A DNA stretch of 64,000 nt. Origin: Fibrobacteria bacterium (GTDB taxonomy: Bacteria; Fibrobacterota; Fibrobacteria; UBA11236). The notes beneath the pieces are model-generated. The model searched no databases, was not told the origin of the DNA, and worked only from the letters and a program-made list of their open reading frames with translations. Shown piece by piece: positions 40,064-50,091 of this stretch (positions within the stretch are counted from its first letter, which is position 1; each line of letters starts with the position of its first letter). Location: positions 32,001-96,000 of the forward strand of contig JAYTSD010000045.1 in the NCBI GenBank assembly GCA_043745805.1, given 5' to 3'. Both the position numbers and the translations under genes were made by a program.

Positions 40064-41508
40064 GGAAAAATATCGTTACGTCCGGCTAATTGTGCAAAAA
40101 GCCGAATTTGACTTTGTACGGCTTTATGAAAATCTCCTAAGTCCAAGGATTCATTTTCGGAATGTGCATTGGTATAAGGATCTTCTACACCTACTAATAA
40201 ACAAGGTACTTGGCCCAAAGCTTGGGTAAAACTTTCAACAAAAGGGATCGTGCCTCCGCAACCAATATACACGGCTTCTTTTGCATATCCTTCGCTTAAA
40301 GATTGTTTGGCAATTGCAAATACCGGATGTTCGGGTGAGGTCATCCAAGGATTAGCACCTTGCTCGGGAATAACTTCGATTTGCAAACCCCAAGGACAAA
40401 GTTTTTTTAAGGCTTCTACAAAAATTTTCGTAACCTTGGCATGTTCCATATTTGGCACTAAACGTAGGCCTATGCGTGCCCATGCCGAATCCATAATTAC
40501 ATTTCCGGCGATTTTTTTTCCACCGCTTTGAATGGAGTTCACAACTATGGATGGCTCACGCCACATTTTTTGTAATAGCTCCTCATCTTTGCCAAAGAGC
40601 TGCACACCTTCAGCTATGGCGGCTTGATGACGAAAAAGTTCATTGCGCATGCCTAATTTGCGCATATCAGCTACTTCTTCCTCGGTAGGGACAATTACAT
40701 CTTCCCACAGTTCAGGGATAGCTACTTTACCATCAGGCCCACTTAAAGCCGCAATGATTTTGCTCAAGCCTTGAATAGGGTCGGGAATTGGACCGCCCCA
40801 CATGCCAGAATGCAAAGGATGATCAAGCGCAGTTACCGTAACATCTACGCTAATAAGACCACGTAAAGTGGTGGTTAAGCTGGGAATACCCGTATCATAA
40901 TTGGTGCAGTCGGTAAGAATGACGCAATCAGCCTGCAATTGACTTTTGTATTGAGTCAGAAATTGTCGCAAATGCACGGAACCGATTTCTTCTTCGCCTT
41001 CAATAATTACTTTTACATTTACCGGTAAAGTTTTGGCCGTTTGCAACCATGCTTCAATACTAGCTACATGAATGAGTATCCCGGCTTTATCATCGGCTAT
41101 GCCGCGCGCGTACAAACGACCATTTTTTTCGGTAGGTTCAAATACGGGCGTTTTCCATAATTCTTCCCGCATAGGCGGTTGCACATCATGATGCGCATAG
41201 AGCAGTAGAGTAGGGGAGTTGGGGCTATGTAACCATTCGCCATAAACATAAGGATGTGTGCCCGGCACTTCCATCAATTGTACATGTTCTAAGCCACAAC
41301 GTTCCAAAAGGGATTTTACTTTTTCCGCTGAGCGGCGTACTTCTTCAGGAGGAAAGCCATCAAAGCTAATACTCGGAATTTTGGTGAGTTCTTTTAAATG
41401 TTCTAAAAAAGTTTGGCTATGCTCTGCATAGTATTTAAGTACTTCGGTTAAGGTCTGTGCCTTCTGTGAATTTTGATCGTTCTCGGCATGCAAAGATGAA
41501 TTAGACAT
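40060..41508 (-). CDS. M20 family dipeptidase
   Basis: YAHHDVQP, RGIADDK, EGEEEIGS, HSG..GG, GGTIP and NAHSENE motifs. Confidence 0.92.
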   Translation of the reverse strand: MSNSSLHAENDQNSQKAQTLTEVLKYYAEHSQTFLEHLKELTKIPSISFDGFPPEEVRRSAEKVKSLLERCGLEHVQLMEVPGTHPYVYGEWLHSPNSPTLLLYAHHDVQPPMREELWKTPVFEPTEKNGRLYARGIADDKAGILIHVASIEAWLQTAKTLPVNVKVIIEGEEEIGSVHLRQFLTQYKSQLQADCVILTDCTNYDTGIPSLTTTLRGLISVDVTVTALDHPLHSGMWGGPIPDPIQGLSKIIAALSGPDGKVAIPELWEDVIVPTEEEVADMRKLGMRNELFRHQAAIAEGVQLFGKDEELLQKMWREPSIVVNSIQSGGKKIAGNVIMDSAWARIGLRLVPNMEHAKVTKIFVEALKKLCPWGLQIEVIPEQGANPWMTSPEHPVFAIAKQSLSEGYAKEAVYIGCGGTIPFVESFTQALGQVPCLLVGVEDPYTNAHSENESLDLGDFHKAVQSQIRLFAQLAGRNDIFP

Positions 41509-43270
41509 TTGTATGCTCCCATGCTTCCCAAACTTTTTCCATTAACGGTTTAATGGTCGCTTCGCCCATTTCAAAACTGAGTCCGGTACTTTCAAAAAGT
41601 TTACGTAACCCCTGGGTTCCGCCCAATTTCAAACCACGCTTATAATTTTCCAAAGCCTTTTTTTCGTCTTTTAAGGATTGATGCCAAACTTGCAAGGCGC
41701 CTAATTGAGCTATGCCATATTCGATATAATAAAAGGGCAATTCAAAAATATGCAATTGTTTATGCCAACCATAGCCACGAAATTCTTCTAAGCCGCTCCA
41801 ATCAATTTGTGGTTCAAAGCGCCTACTTAATTCCAACCAATAGGCTTGTCTTTCGGCTGGCGTGTGTGATGTCGTATAAATCCAATGTTGAAAGGCATCC
41901 ACAATAGATACCCAAGGTAAGAGACGAATTACTTCTTCTAATTCTTTTTGATGCGCGCGGCGCATATCGGCTTCCGAATAAAATTCTTGTAAATATTTGG
42001 CGCCTAAACGTTCCATGCTCATAGAAGCGACTTCACTAAATTCCATGGGTGCATGACGATTAAAACCTAATTCCATTTGCCGTGTATAAAAAAGATGAAA
42101 GGCATGACCGCTTTCATGCAGCAAGGTGAAAATATCTTCATTCAAACCCACGGTATTCATAAAAATAAAAGGCAAACGCATTTCATTCAGTGAACATTGA
42201 TAACCGCCTGGCGCTTTACCCACGCGATTATCCAAATCCATCAATTTATACTTTAACATGGTTTCATAAAATTCGGAAAGTTCCGGATCCATTTTGGCGA
42301 AAATACGTCCTACACCTTCCACCATTTGCGCGGTATTTTCAAAAGGCTTAAGTGGCGCGCGTCCATAAATATCCACGGATAAATCCCAAGGCTGCAAAGT
42401 TTCGAGGCCCATTTTTTCGCGACGATGATCCATTAATTTCTGATACAACGGCACCACAAATTTTTCTGTAGCGGCATGAAAACTTTTACAGTCGTCTGGT
42501 GTATAATCTTCTCGCATATTGGATTTAAAAGCATAGGCACGATAATCTGTCAAACCTAAATTTGCGGAAATTTGATTTCGTAAAACCAAGAGTTCATCGA
42601 AAAGCGTATCGAGTTTTTCCTTATCTTGGGCACGTCGCGTCGTAATTTTTCGCCAAACTTTTTCGCGCATGCTGCGATCAGGGCTTTGTAAAAGCGGCGC
42701 CATTTGGCTTAAGGTTTTAATTTCGCCTTCCCACTCCACCGTCATTTCGCTGCAAATTTTTTGATAGCTTTGCGTAAGCTTGGTTACTTCGGTGTGAATG
42801 GGAATATTCTTTTCCAAAAACAATTCCAAGCTTACTTGAATGGAACGTCTCCAATGGCCAAATTCTTCTTCGGGTAAATTTTGGGTTTCCGGATGATCGG
42901 CAATGCGGCGATTGAGTTTATCACTGGCTTCCGAAAGTTTGGGTTCAATATTTTCTACAAAATGCAAATAGGCTTTTTCTTTTTCTGCATCTTGAGTAAA
43001 GCAAGTCATGTCAATATACAGACGCGAACTTTCTTCTTGTAAGGCATTATTCAATTCATTATCGTCATAAATCCATTGGCGATAAGTTATGGCATCGGGC
43101 AAGGGACGTGCGATTAATTCCTCCAACACTTTTTCAATACTGTTCCAACTCGTCAAATCAAATTCGGCGGGTAAATAGTGGCGCGGAAATTCGGCACTCG
43201 GGCGAGGCAATAATTCTTGCCAATTCAAATTCTTGGCGGCATTCGTATCTTGAGGCATTTTGGCTATCAT
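41501..43270 (-). CDS. M3 family oligoendopeptidase (PepF-like)
   Basis: GKAPGGY, LHESGHAFH, E.SEVASMSME and H....PFYYIEY motifs. Confidence 0.92.
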   Translation of the reverse strand: MIAKMPQDTNAAKNLNWQELLPRPSAEFPRHYLPAEFDLTSWNSIEKVLEELIARPLPDAITYRQWIYDDNELNNALQEESSRLYIDMTCFTQDAEKEKAYLHFVENIEPKLSEASDKLNRRIADHPETQNLPEEEFGHWRRSIQVSLELFLEKNIPIHTEVTKLTQSYQKICSEMTVEWEGEIKTLSQMAPLLQSPDRSMREKVWRKITTRRAQDKEKLDTLFDELLVLRNQISANLGLTDYRAYAFKSNMREDYTPDDCKSFHAATEKFVVPLYQKLMDHRREKMGLETLQPWDLSVDIYGRAPLKPFENTAQMVEGVGRIFAKMDPELSEFYETMLKYKLMDLDNRVGKAPGGYQCSLNEMRLPFIFMNTVGLNEDIFTLLHESGHAFHLFYTRQMELGFNRHAPMEFSEVASMSMERLGAKYLQEFYSEADMRRAHQKELEEVIRLLPWVSIVDAFQHWIYTTSHTPAERQAYWLELSRRFEPQIDWSGLEEFRGYGWHKQLHIFELPFYYIEYGIAQLGALQVWHQSLKDEKKALENYKRGLKLGGTQGLRKLFESTGLSFEMGEATIKPLMEKVWEAWEHTNV

Positions 43271-43400
43271 AGGGTTAGTCCTAAATCAAAAATCAAAAAT
43301 TCATTCAAAAATTTTATGAAAAATCTAAAATACCTTCTGCATTGGCTTAAGCCAATCCCTAGCCCACAAGCAACTGATTTCTTTTTATCTTACGCCCTTT

Positions 43401-44984
43401 ATGGAAACAAGTAATCTTTACGCCACAGAAATTAATAAGCGACGAACTTTCGCTATTGTAAGTCATCCCGATGCCGGCAAAACCACGATGACCGAAAAGT
43501 TGTTGTGGTATGGAAAAGTGATTCGCGAAGCGGGTCACGTGCGTGCTAAGGCCAATAAAAAATTTACCACCTCCGACTGGATGAAAATCGAACAGCAGCG
43601 CGGCATTTCGGTTTCCTCCTCGGTAATGAGTTTTCCATATGAAGGCTGCCAAATTAATTTAGTGGATACGCCTGGGCATCAGGATTTTTGCGAAGATACC
43701 TATCGCGCTTTAACCGCGGTCGATTCGGTTTTAGTATTACTCGATGCGGCCAAAGGGGTGGAACCACAAACCATTAAGCTTATGGAAGTGTGTCGCTTAC
43801 GACGATCACCTGTGACAGTTTTTATCAATAAAATGGATCGCGATAGCTTGGATCCTATCGCTTTAATGGATGAGGTTGAAGAAATTTTAGGACTACATTG
43901 CACACCCATGACCTTGCCCATTGGAAATGGAAAAGCCTTTCAAGGTGTATATTCCTTTATCGATAATACCGTGCATTTTTTTAATCCCGAAGCCGAGATG
44001 GACAAGATTGAAAAAGTAGATGGCATTCGTGATCCGCGCATGGATGAATGGTTCAATGCAAAATATTTAAAAGAATTTCGTGATCAAGCCGATTTGGCAG
44101 TAGGTGCTATGGAGCCTTTTGATCGAGTTAAGTATTTGAAAGGCGATCAATCTCCAGTTTATTTTGGATCGGGCATTAATAATTTTGGAGTGAAGCAATT
44201 ACTCGATAGCTTTGTGGCTTTTGCGCCGGCGCCTATGCCAAGGCAAGCACAAACTCGTTTAGTCGAGGCTACCGAAGATGCCTTTACGGGTGTGATATTT
44301 AAAATCCAAGCCAATACCGATCCTAAGCATCGGGACCGCATTGCTTTTGTGCGAGTATGTTCAGGTAAATTTATTCGCGGCGCCAAGGTTTTGCATTGCC
44401 GCACCGGAAAATCGGTGCGCTTGGCGGCTCCTTCGTCATTTGTAGCCAATGAAAAAGTGGTGATTGACGAGAGTTTTGCCGGTGACATTATCGGCATACA
44501 TGATCCAGGTATCTACAGTATTGGTGACACCTTATCTGAATTAGAGAACCTAAAATATCAAGGTATTCCCGACTTCGAGCCGGAGCATTTTGCCAAGGTT
44601 TATCTGGAAGATCCGCTCAAGAGCAAACAATTGTCGCAAGGCTTAAAACAGCTTTCCGAAGAAGGGGCTACCCAACTTTTTTCACCTATTAATAGCCCTA
44701 TTCCTATTTTGGGTGTGGTGGGTGTTTTGCAATTCGAAGTGATTAAATTCCGTATAGAAGAGGAATATGGCGCTAAATGTAGGCTTGAGCCTTCCAATAT
44801 CTTTTCTGTGCGTTGGTTATCAGGAGAGGCTCCCGAATTACAAAGCTTTAAATCTCAGAACTCTCACGATATGGCTACGGATAAAAAAGGCAATTTGGTT
44901 TATCTTTGCCCCAATGAATACCGTCTAAACTTGATGAAAAAGAACTTTGAAAAAATAGAATTCCATAAATTTTTCCAAGATTAG
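43401..44984 (+). CDS. prfC: Peptide chain release factor 3
   Basis: RRTFAIVSHPDAGKTT.TEK, SDWM..EQQRGIS, DTPGH.DF.EDTYR and HRDRIAF motifs. Confidence 0.97.
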   Translation: METSNLYATEINKRRTFAIVSHPDAGKTTMTEKLLWYGKVIREAGHVRAKANKKFTTSDWMKIEQQRGISVSSSVMSFPYEGCQINLVDTPGHQDFCEDTYRALTAVDSVLVLLDAAKGVEPQTIKLMEVCRLRRSPVTVFINKMDRDSLDPIALMDEVEEILGLHCTPMTLPIGNGKAFQGVYSFIDNTVHFFNPEAEMDKIEKVDGIRDPRMDEWFNAKYLKEFRDQADLAVGAMEPFDRVKYLKGDQSPVYFGSGINNFGVKQLLDSFVAFAPAPMPRQAQTRLVEATEDAFTGVIFKIQANTDPKHRDRIAFVRVCSGKFIRGAKVLHCRTGKSVRLAAPSSFVANEKVVIDESFAGDIIGIHDPGIYSIGDTLSELENLKYQGIPDFEPEHFAKVYLEDPLKSKQLSQGLKQLSEEGATQLFSPINSPIPILGVVGVLQFEVIKFRIEEEYGAKCRLEPSNIFSVRWLSGEAPELQSFKSQNSHDMATDKKGNLVYLCPNEYRLNLMKKNFEKIEFHKFFQD

Positions 44985-45125
44985 CGATATTTTACTTTAT
45001 TAAAATACTGTAAACTGTTTTAAATTAGTGCTTTACAAAATTGTTTCAAAATGCTTACAAGTTTTTACATGAAATTACACGCCAAACAAATCCATTTTGC
45101 TTAAAATATTCATAAATCAAAAGGA

Positions 45126-46997
45126 ATGGAAATGTATCAGACTCACCATTATCTGCACATCCCAGTTATGGGAACCGGATTTACCATTGATACGCCCTTG
45201 CGAGTGGCAAAATATGGTATTTCATCGGTGGTTTCTTTAGTTGACGATTTATTGATCGAACGGATTCGCAAGTATTATGCTGGCCAGTATCAGCTTCCCT
45301 TCGAACCAATCACGGCTTCCATACCCGATGCTCGCGCCAAAAGAATTACCGCCTATTTGAATATGTTAAATGACATTATCAGCATGCAAATCGAAGCTAT
45401 CAAAAAACTTCCTTTTGAAGCAGGTAATGACAAAGTCAAATATTTTGAATTATTGCCTGACACGTCCAAGGTCAAGCGTATGTACATCACCTATTTGGGA
45501 ATGCTCGATGGCAAAGAGAAACGTCAATTAGCTGAAGACTTAAATAACAGTATTGTCCCAGGATTCATTGATTGCAATATCATGACCAAGCTTGATCGTA
45601 TCAATTATGACCGTGAAGGCAGTCCAATGAGCATGGAACATAGTGATGCCAAAGCGGCTTTACGTGGATTTGCCCAATCTAAAATTCGTGCTAACATAGT
45701 TTTTTCCGCAGGTATCAATCAAACTTTGTATGGCTACTTGGAAAACTTCCCCGATTTTTATCGCACGGAAGAAAATGGCGCCCCCAAAAAAGGTGTGATT
45801 CTTAAAGTATCCGATTATCGGTCCTGTGTCATTCAAGGTCGCTTTCTCGCTAAAAAAGGCATTGAAATTCGTGAGTTCCGCATTGAATCGGGTTTAAATT
45901 GTGGTGGTCATGCTTTCGCCTCCGACGGTTATTTAATGGGACCTATTCTGCAAGAATTTAAAGATAATCGCGCGAGCTTTCCGGAAATGTTTGAGCCAGT
46001 GATTCGTAGCTATTATGGCAAAAAGGGTTGGAATTTTCCGGAGTCTTGGCATAATCGTTACATCTATGTTACCGCACAAGGTGGCATTGGTAACCATGCT
46101 GAAGTGAGGCGATTAATGGATTATTACACCATGGATGCTACCGGCTGGGCAAGCCCCTTTTTGTTAGTACCTGAGGCTACCGCATTGGATGCCGGAACGC
46201 GTCAGCAATTAGTCGATGCGAAAGAAGAAGATTTATACCTCAGTGATGTTTCACCTTTAGGTGTGGTATTTAATAATTTGCGCAACTCTACTTCGGAGCA
46301 ATGGACCAAACAGCAAATTGATTCGGGTAAGCCAGGTTCCGGTTGCCCTAAAAAATATTTAGTCTCCAATACTGAGTTTACCGATAAACCGATTTGTACT
46401 GCCTCCAAGGAGTTTCAGAAAATCAAATTGGAAACAATGGGTTTGGAAGCTGTTCCTGCTTCTAATACTACGGATGCGGCTGTACAGCAAGTCTATGTGA
46501 AAACTTGTATTTGTGATCACTTGGGCAATGGCGCTTTAATTCAATTGGGTATAGTCACAAATAGTCAACCTGTTTCTGTTTGTCCTGGCCCTAATATTGC
46601 CTATTTCGATCGTCTATATACTTTACGGGAAATGGTGAATCATATTTATGGACGCGGAAAACCCTTGGTACCCGAATCACGCCCCCATATGTTTACTAAA
46701 GATTTATTAATGTCTTTGGATTATTTTTCCAAACTTGCCGATAAGTGGACGATTGGAGACAAAAGAGGATTGGATTATTTGGCGGTATTTAAAGAAAATT
46801 TGGAAGAAGGCTTAGAATATTATCGCACTTTTTTACAAATTGAACTGTATTCCGGTGAAAACTTTAATTCTTTGAAAGAGGCCGTGGAAAAACAGGGCAT
46901 ACGATTGCAAAATATCTGGAAATCTATGCAAGCCAAAAATGGTTCTGTTGAAAATTTGGCAGGAGCAAGTTCCGAAGCTGCAAAATCAGCTGCTTAA
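45126..46997 (+). CDS. Conserved protein, probable FMN TIM-barrel of NMO/FabK/FabX superfamily with Cys cluster
   Basis: HIPVMGTG, ESGLNCGGH, AQGGIG and SPLGV.FN motifs; Cys motifs GCPK, ICTAS, CICDH and CPGP. Confidence 0.7.
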   Translation: MEMYQTHHYLHIPVMGTGFTIDTPLRVAKYGISSVVSLVDDLLIERIRKYYAGQYQLPFEPITASIPDARAKRITAYLNMLNDIISMQIEAIKKLPFEAGNDKVKYFELLPDTSKVKRMYITYLGMLDGKEKRQLAEDLNNSIVPGFIDCNIMTKLDRINYDREGSPMSMEHSDAKAALRGFAQSKIRANIVFSAGINQTLYGYLENFPDFYRTEENGAPKKGVILKVSDYRSCVIQGRFLAKKGIEIREFRIESGLNCGGHAFASDGYLMGPILQEFKDNRASFPEMFEPVIRSYYGKKGWNFPESWHNRYIYVTAQGGIGNHAEVRRLMDYYTMDATGWASPFLLVPEATALDAGTRQQLVDAKEEDLYLSDVSPLGVVFNNLRNSTSEQWTKQQIDSGKPGSGCPKKYLVSNTEFTDKPICTASKEFQKIKLETMGLEAVPASNTTDAAVQQVYVKTCICDHLGNGALIQLGIVTNSQPVSVCPGPNIAYFDRLYTLREMVNHIYGRGKPLVPESRPHMFTKDLLMSLDYFSKLADKWTIGDKRGLDYLAVFKENLEEGLEYYRTFLQIELYSGENFNSLKEAVEKQGIRLQNIWKSMQAKNGSVENLAGASSEAAKSAA

Positions 46998-47076
46998 TCA
47001 CATGCCTAAAGCAAGGTTTTTAACTAAGCTTAGTATAGGCATTGTGTAGGTACAGCTCTTTTAAAATCAATGACTT

Positions 47077-47110
47077 AGCCCTTGTGAAAAAATCATAAGG
47101 GCTTTTTTTT
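47077..47110 (+). terminator. Rho-independent terminator
   Basis: AGCCCTTGTGA-aaaaa-TCATAAGGGCT followed by a T-tract. Confidence 0.75.
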
Positions 47111-47173
47111 GGTTATTTTTGAAGAAAAATGCGCAAGTTATATAGGGGAACAGGAATTTGTCCCCCTGATTTT

Positions 47174-48175
47174 TTAAGGTAAATATTTACGGGATAAGCC
47201 GGCGGAAGTTTCTAATTGAATATAGGAAGGTACTGTGCCAGCAGGGAAGGAAAAGGCTAAAACTCCCACTGGACCTTCGGCAGAGGCCGCGATTTCTTTA
47301 TCTTTACCAAAGCCACCTGACTTGGTAGTAGGTTTATAAACTTGGCCATTATCGTCTACTAAAGTGATTTTATTCCCTTCAAAGCGAATACTTCCCGAAG
47401 AACCATTAAATGCTCTTATCTGTGTTTTAATTCCGGTGGCTGTCGCTGAATATTTTGGTAATGCAAGTAATACAGCATATTTATTGATTCGTGAATCCAC
47501 CTTTACGAGCAATCCCTGAACGTCGTACATTAAATAATTCGACAAATTTGTTTTACGTACAAGTGACCACAAGGTTTTGATTTCTGGTGTTTCGCCTGTA
47601 GCCATTACTAATTCATTCAGATGATATTCTGCAGCCACGCCCTGTGTGGGTTCGGTTGTCGCTTCATTTTGTTCATCGGTAATTTCTTTCAGTTTTTTAT
47701 CGATATAGATTTTTTTCATGGCTGCAATTTTTTCGCTCACGCCAGGGGCTTTATTGCTTAAGGATTCTATGGAGTTGAAAAATTTAAAACCCGATTCAAT
47801 GGCTTCGGGATCTCCTGTTTCTATTCTTTGGCTACCCAAATCAAACAAAATATTGGAGTAGGATGCTTCATTTTCTGCATTAGGGTGCTGACTTAGTAGA
47901 CTCACAATTGTGTCATTTAAGGCATCTAAAAACTCGGCAGTAGGATCGGATTTTGCTCTATCTTGCAAAGTAAGGATATTGGCCTTGGTATAATTCACAA
48001 AAAAGTCACGGCTGGTTTTACCTTTTTGCAAAGCTAAATCATAACGCATTAAAGCATTTACCGGATCATTGGCCTTTAAGTATTTGTCGCCTGCGGATTC
48101 ATTGCCGCCTTTACATCCTAAGATGAGCATGGCACAGAATAAGCCATTACCAATTAGGGTTAAGCTTTTTTTCAT
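47174..48175 (-). CDS. Hypothetical lipoprotein (helical N-terminus, Ig-like C-terminus)
   Basis: SD AAGGA before ATG 48175; ILGC lipobox. Confidence 0.78.
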   Translation of the reverse strand: MKKSLTLIGNGLFCAMLILGCKGGNESAGDKYLKANDPVNALMRYDLALQKGKTSRDFFVNYTKANILTLQDRAKSDPTAEFLDALNDTIVSLLSQHPNAENEASYSNILFDLGSQRIETGDPEAIESGFKFFNSIESLSNKAPGVSEKIAAMKKIYIDKKLKEITDEQNEATTEPTQGVAAEYHLNELVMATGETPEIKTLWSLVRKTNLSNYLMYDVQGLLVKVDSRINKYAVLLALPKYSATATGIKTQIRAFNGSSGSIRFEGNKITLVDDNGQVYKPTTKSGGFGKDKEIAASAEGPVGVLAFSFPAGTVPSYIQLETSAGLSRKYLP

Positions 48176-48374
48176 GGTAAATCCTTTTTGACTGGTTAAA
48201 AAAATCAGGTGGTAGAAAGCAATTAAAGTTTCCACAATTAAGAGGCCAGTGACTTTACTGGTTCATTGCCAAATAAAAATAATGCCAAAACCAAAGTTTG
48301 GGGAACAATTTTTCAACTTTAAAGTCAATAGCTTGCCAAGCATCACCTCCAATGTGTACTTTTGCTCGCTCTTA

Positions 48375-48451
48375 GGGCCCATAGCTCAGTTGGTTAGAGC
48401 AAGCGACTCATAATCGCTTGGTCCTCCGTTCAAGCCGGAGTGGGCCCACCA
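48375..48451 (+). tRNA. tRNA-Ile2 (CAT anticodon, lysidine type)
   Basis: Cloverleaf GGGCCCA/TGGGCCC, anticodon arm AGCGA-CTCATAA-TCGCT as in canonical Ile2 tRNAs, encoded CCA; promoter-like TTGCCA-N18-TACTTT at 48333-48362. Confidence 0.9.
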
Positions 48452-48481
48452 ATTTCTTACTAATTTCCTAGAAGGAGATCC

Positions 48482-49063
48482 GTGAAGAAAATCATTTTTT
48501 GGGGCGATGAAGTTTTTACGGGAAGCCATGGCTTTGCCGAAATTTTGATTGATTATATTTTTTTATCGCATCCACTAAATCAAATTCAAACCTACAGCTA
48601 TGGCGGAGAAGGTGCAACTTGGCAACAGGTACTTGCGCAAACTCCTCTTCATGTGATTAGTAAGTCACCCGATCAAATTTTATTGTGCTTGGGATATAAC
48701 GAGATTCAATCTGGAAAAAATGTGGAATACATTTCTATCGAGGTGCATAATCTTTTGCATTTGATATTGGAAAAAACCAAAGCTGAAATTTTTGTGGGCA
48801 ATTTATGCGTGGATTTATTTGCTGAGGATAAGCAAGAGCAGGCTAAACAATTCAACCAAATTTTAGCGAATATAAATTTACCGCGTTTACGACTTGTAGA
48901 TTTAGATATCCCATTCAAAAATTATTTGCAAAAACATCGTGAAAGTACCGGCGAAAAACGTTCTCTGCATACGCAATGGAATAAGTTAACCACCCTTGGC
49001 AAATTATTATTGGCGCAACATTTTTTTCAACATTTGCTAGAACATTCCAGTTATAAGGCTTAG
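48482..49063 (+). CDS. SGNH/GDSL-fold protein lacking catalytic residues
   Basis: IIFWGDE (block I), GG.G (block II), LGYNE (block III); SD AGGAG with GTG start. Confidence 0.72.
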   Translation: MKKIIFWGDEVFTGSHGFAEILIDYIFLSHPLNQIQTYSYGGEGATWQQVLAQTPLHVISKSPDQILLCLGYNEIQSGKNVEYISIEVHNLLHLILEKTKAEIFVGNLCVDLFAEDKQEQAKQFNQILANINLPRLRLVDLDIPFKNYLQKHRESTGEKRSLHTQWNKLTTLGKLLLAQHFFQHLLEHSSYKA

Positions 49064-49129
49064 AAAACCCCATTTTTATTTTGCTTTAGGGTATATTTTA
49101 AACTCGATTGATTAACCGAAGGACAATAC

Positions 49130-49459
49130 ATGGCAGATGATAATCACGACCGGTTTTTACGAAAAAATCAGGCTTTAAGTAAAGCCTATGAAATTCAAAA
49201 AAAAGACACTTATAAAGACAAAATGGTTAAAGGTGAAGTGAAGCCAATTGTTGGGGCTTGCTATCGCTGTAAAAAAGAGCGCCCTTGTTTAAAATACAGT
49301 GTAATGGAAACTGGACGTGCAGAAGGCGCTGTATCAGTGTCGAATGAATATGTTCCCTTATGCGAAGAATGTGCTCCCAAGAAAAGAAAAATTGAGAACG
49401 AACTCAGTAAAAAGCAAATAACCTCTTTGTTACGTGGGGCAAGGAACGGGCGCATTTAA
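49130..49459 (+). CDS. Small basic protein with two CxxC motifs (putative Zn ribbon)
   Basis: SD AAGGA; CYRC and CEEC motifs. Confidence 0.7.
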   Translation: MADDNHDRFLRKNQALSKAYEIQKKDTYKDKMVKGEVKPIVGACYRCKKERPCLKYSVMETGRAEGAVSVSNEYVPLCEECAPKKRKIENELSKKQITSLLRGARNGRI

Positions 49460-49525
49460 GCCCATCTACTATTAATCTTTGATTATTTTTAGCTAATCCT
49501 AGTAAAAAGATTGGCTAATCTTTAT

Positions 49526-50008
49526 TTATGAATGTAAGGCTTCTTCGGGGCCATTAATACTTTGCTTCATTTCGCTGATCTCCGAAAGAAATTCTTTAAT
49601 TTCCTTGAACTTACGATAAACAGAAGCAAAACGAATATAAGCGACTTCATCCACTAAAAACAACGCACGCATGGCAAGCTCACCCACTAGTTTGCTATCC
49701 ACTTCATTATCGGGCATGCTATGCAACTGGTTTTCAATTTGATCCACCATTTGATCGATGGCTTGCGAGGAAATCGGCCTTTTTTTGCAAGCGGTATAAA
49801 AGCCAGACAGTATTTTTTGTCTGTCGAAGGGTTCGCGTCTACCATCATTTTTGACCACAGTAAGCGGCGTGGTTTCCACATATTCATAAGTAGTAAAGCG
49901 TTGGGCACAACTTAAACATTCACGTCTACGTCGAATAGCCTTCCCTTCGCGACTGCTTCGGGAATCTACAACTTTATCTTCTTCAAATGAACAGTAAGGA
50001 CATTTCAT
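49526..50008 (-). CDS. nrdR: Transcriptional repressor NrdR
   Basis: MKCPYC...VVDSR...IRRRREC..C..RFTTYE, ATP cone, DEVAYIRFASVY. Confidence 0.97.
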   Translation of the reverse strand: MKCPYCSFEEDKVVDSRSSREGKAIRRRRECLSCAQRFTTYEYVETTPLTVVKNDGRREPFDRQKILSGFYTACKKRPISSQAIDQMVDQIENQLHSMPDNEVDSKLVGELAMRALFLVDEVAYIRFASVYRKFKEIKEFLSEISEMKQSINGPEEALHS

Positions 50009-50091
50009 AGCCGGTATAAATATACCGGCTTTTCAACAACTAATCAACAGATTTAGTCAAAAACCCCAAATAATATGTTGAAAAGTTTTGG

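Noticed and set aside
48375..48451. Calling the CAT tRNA a tRNA-Met or fMet
   Set aside because: It has a paired G1-C72, no triple G-C anticodon stem, and a body resembling Ile2 tRNAs.
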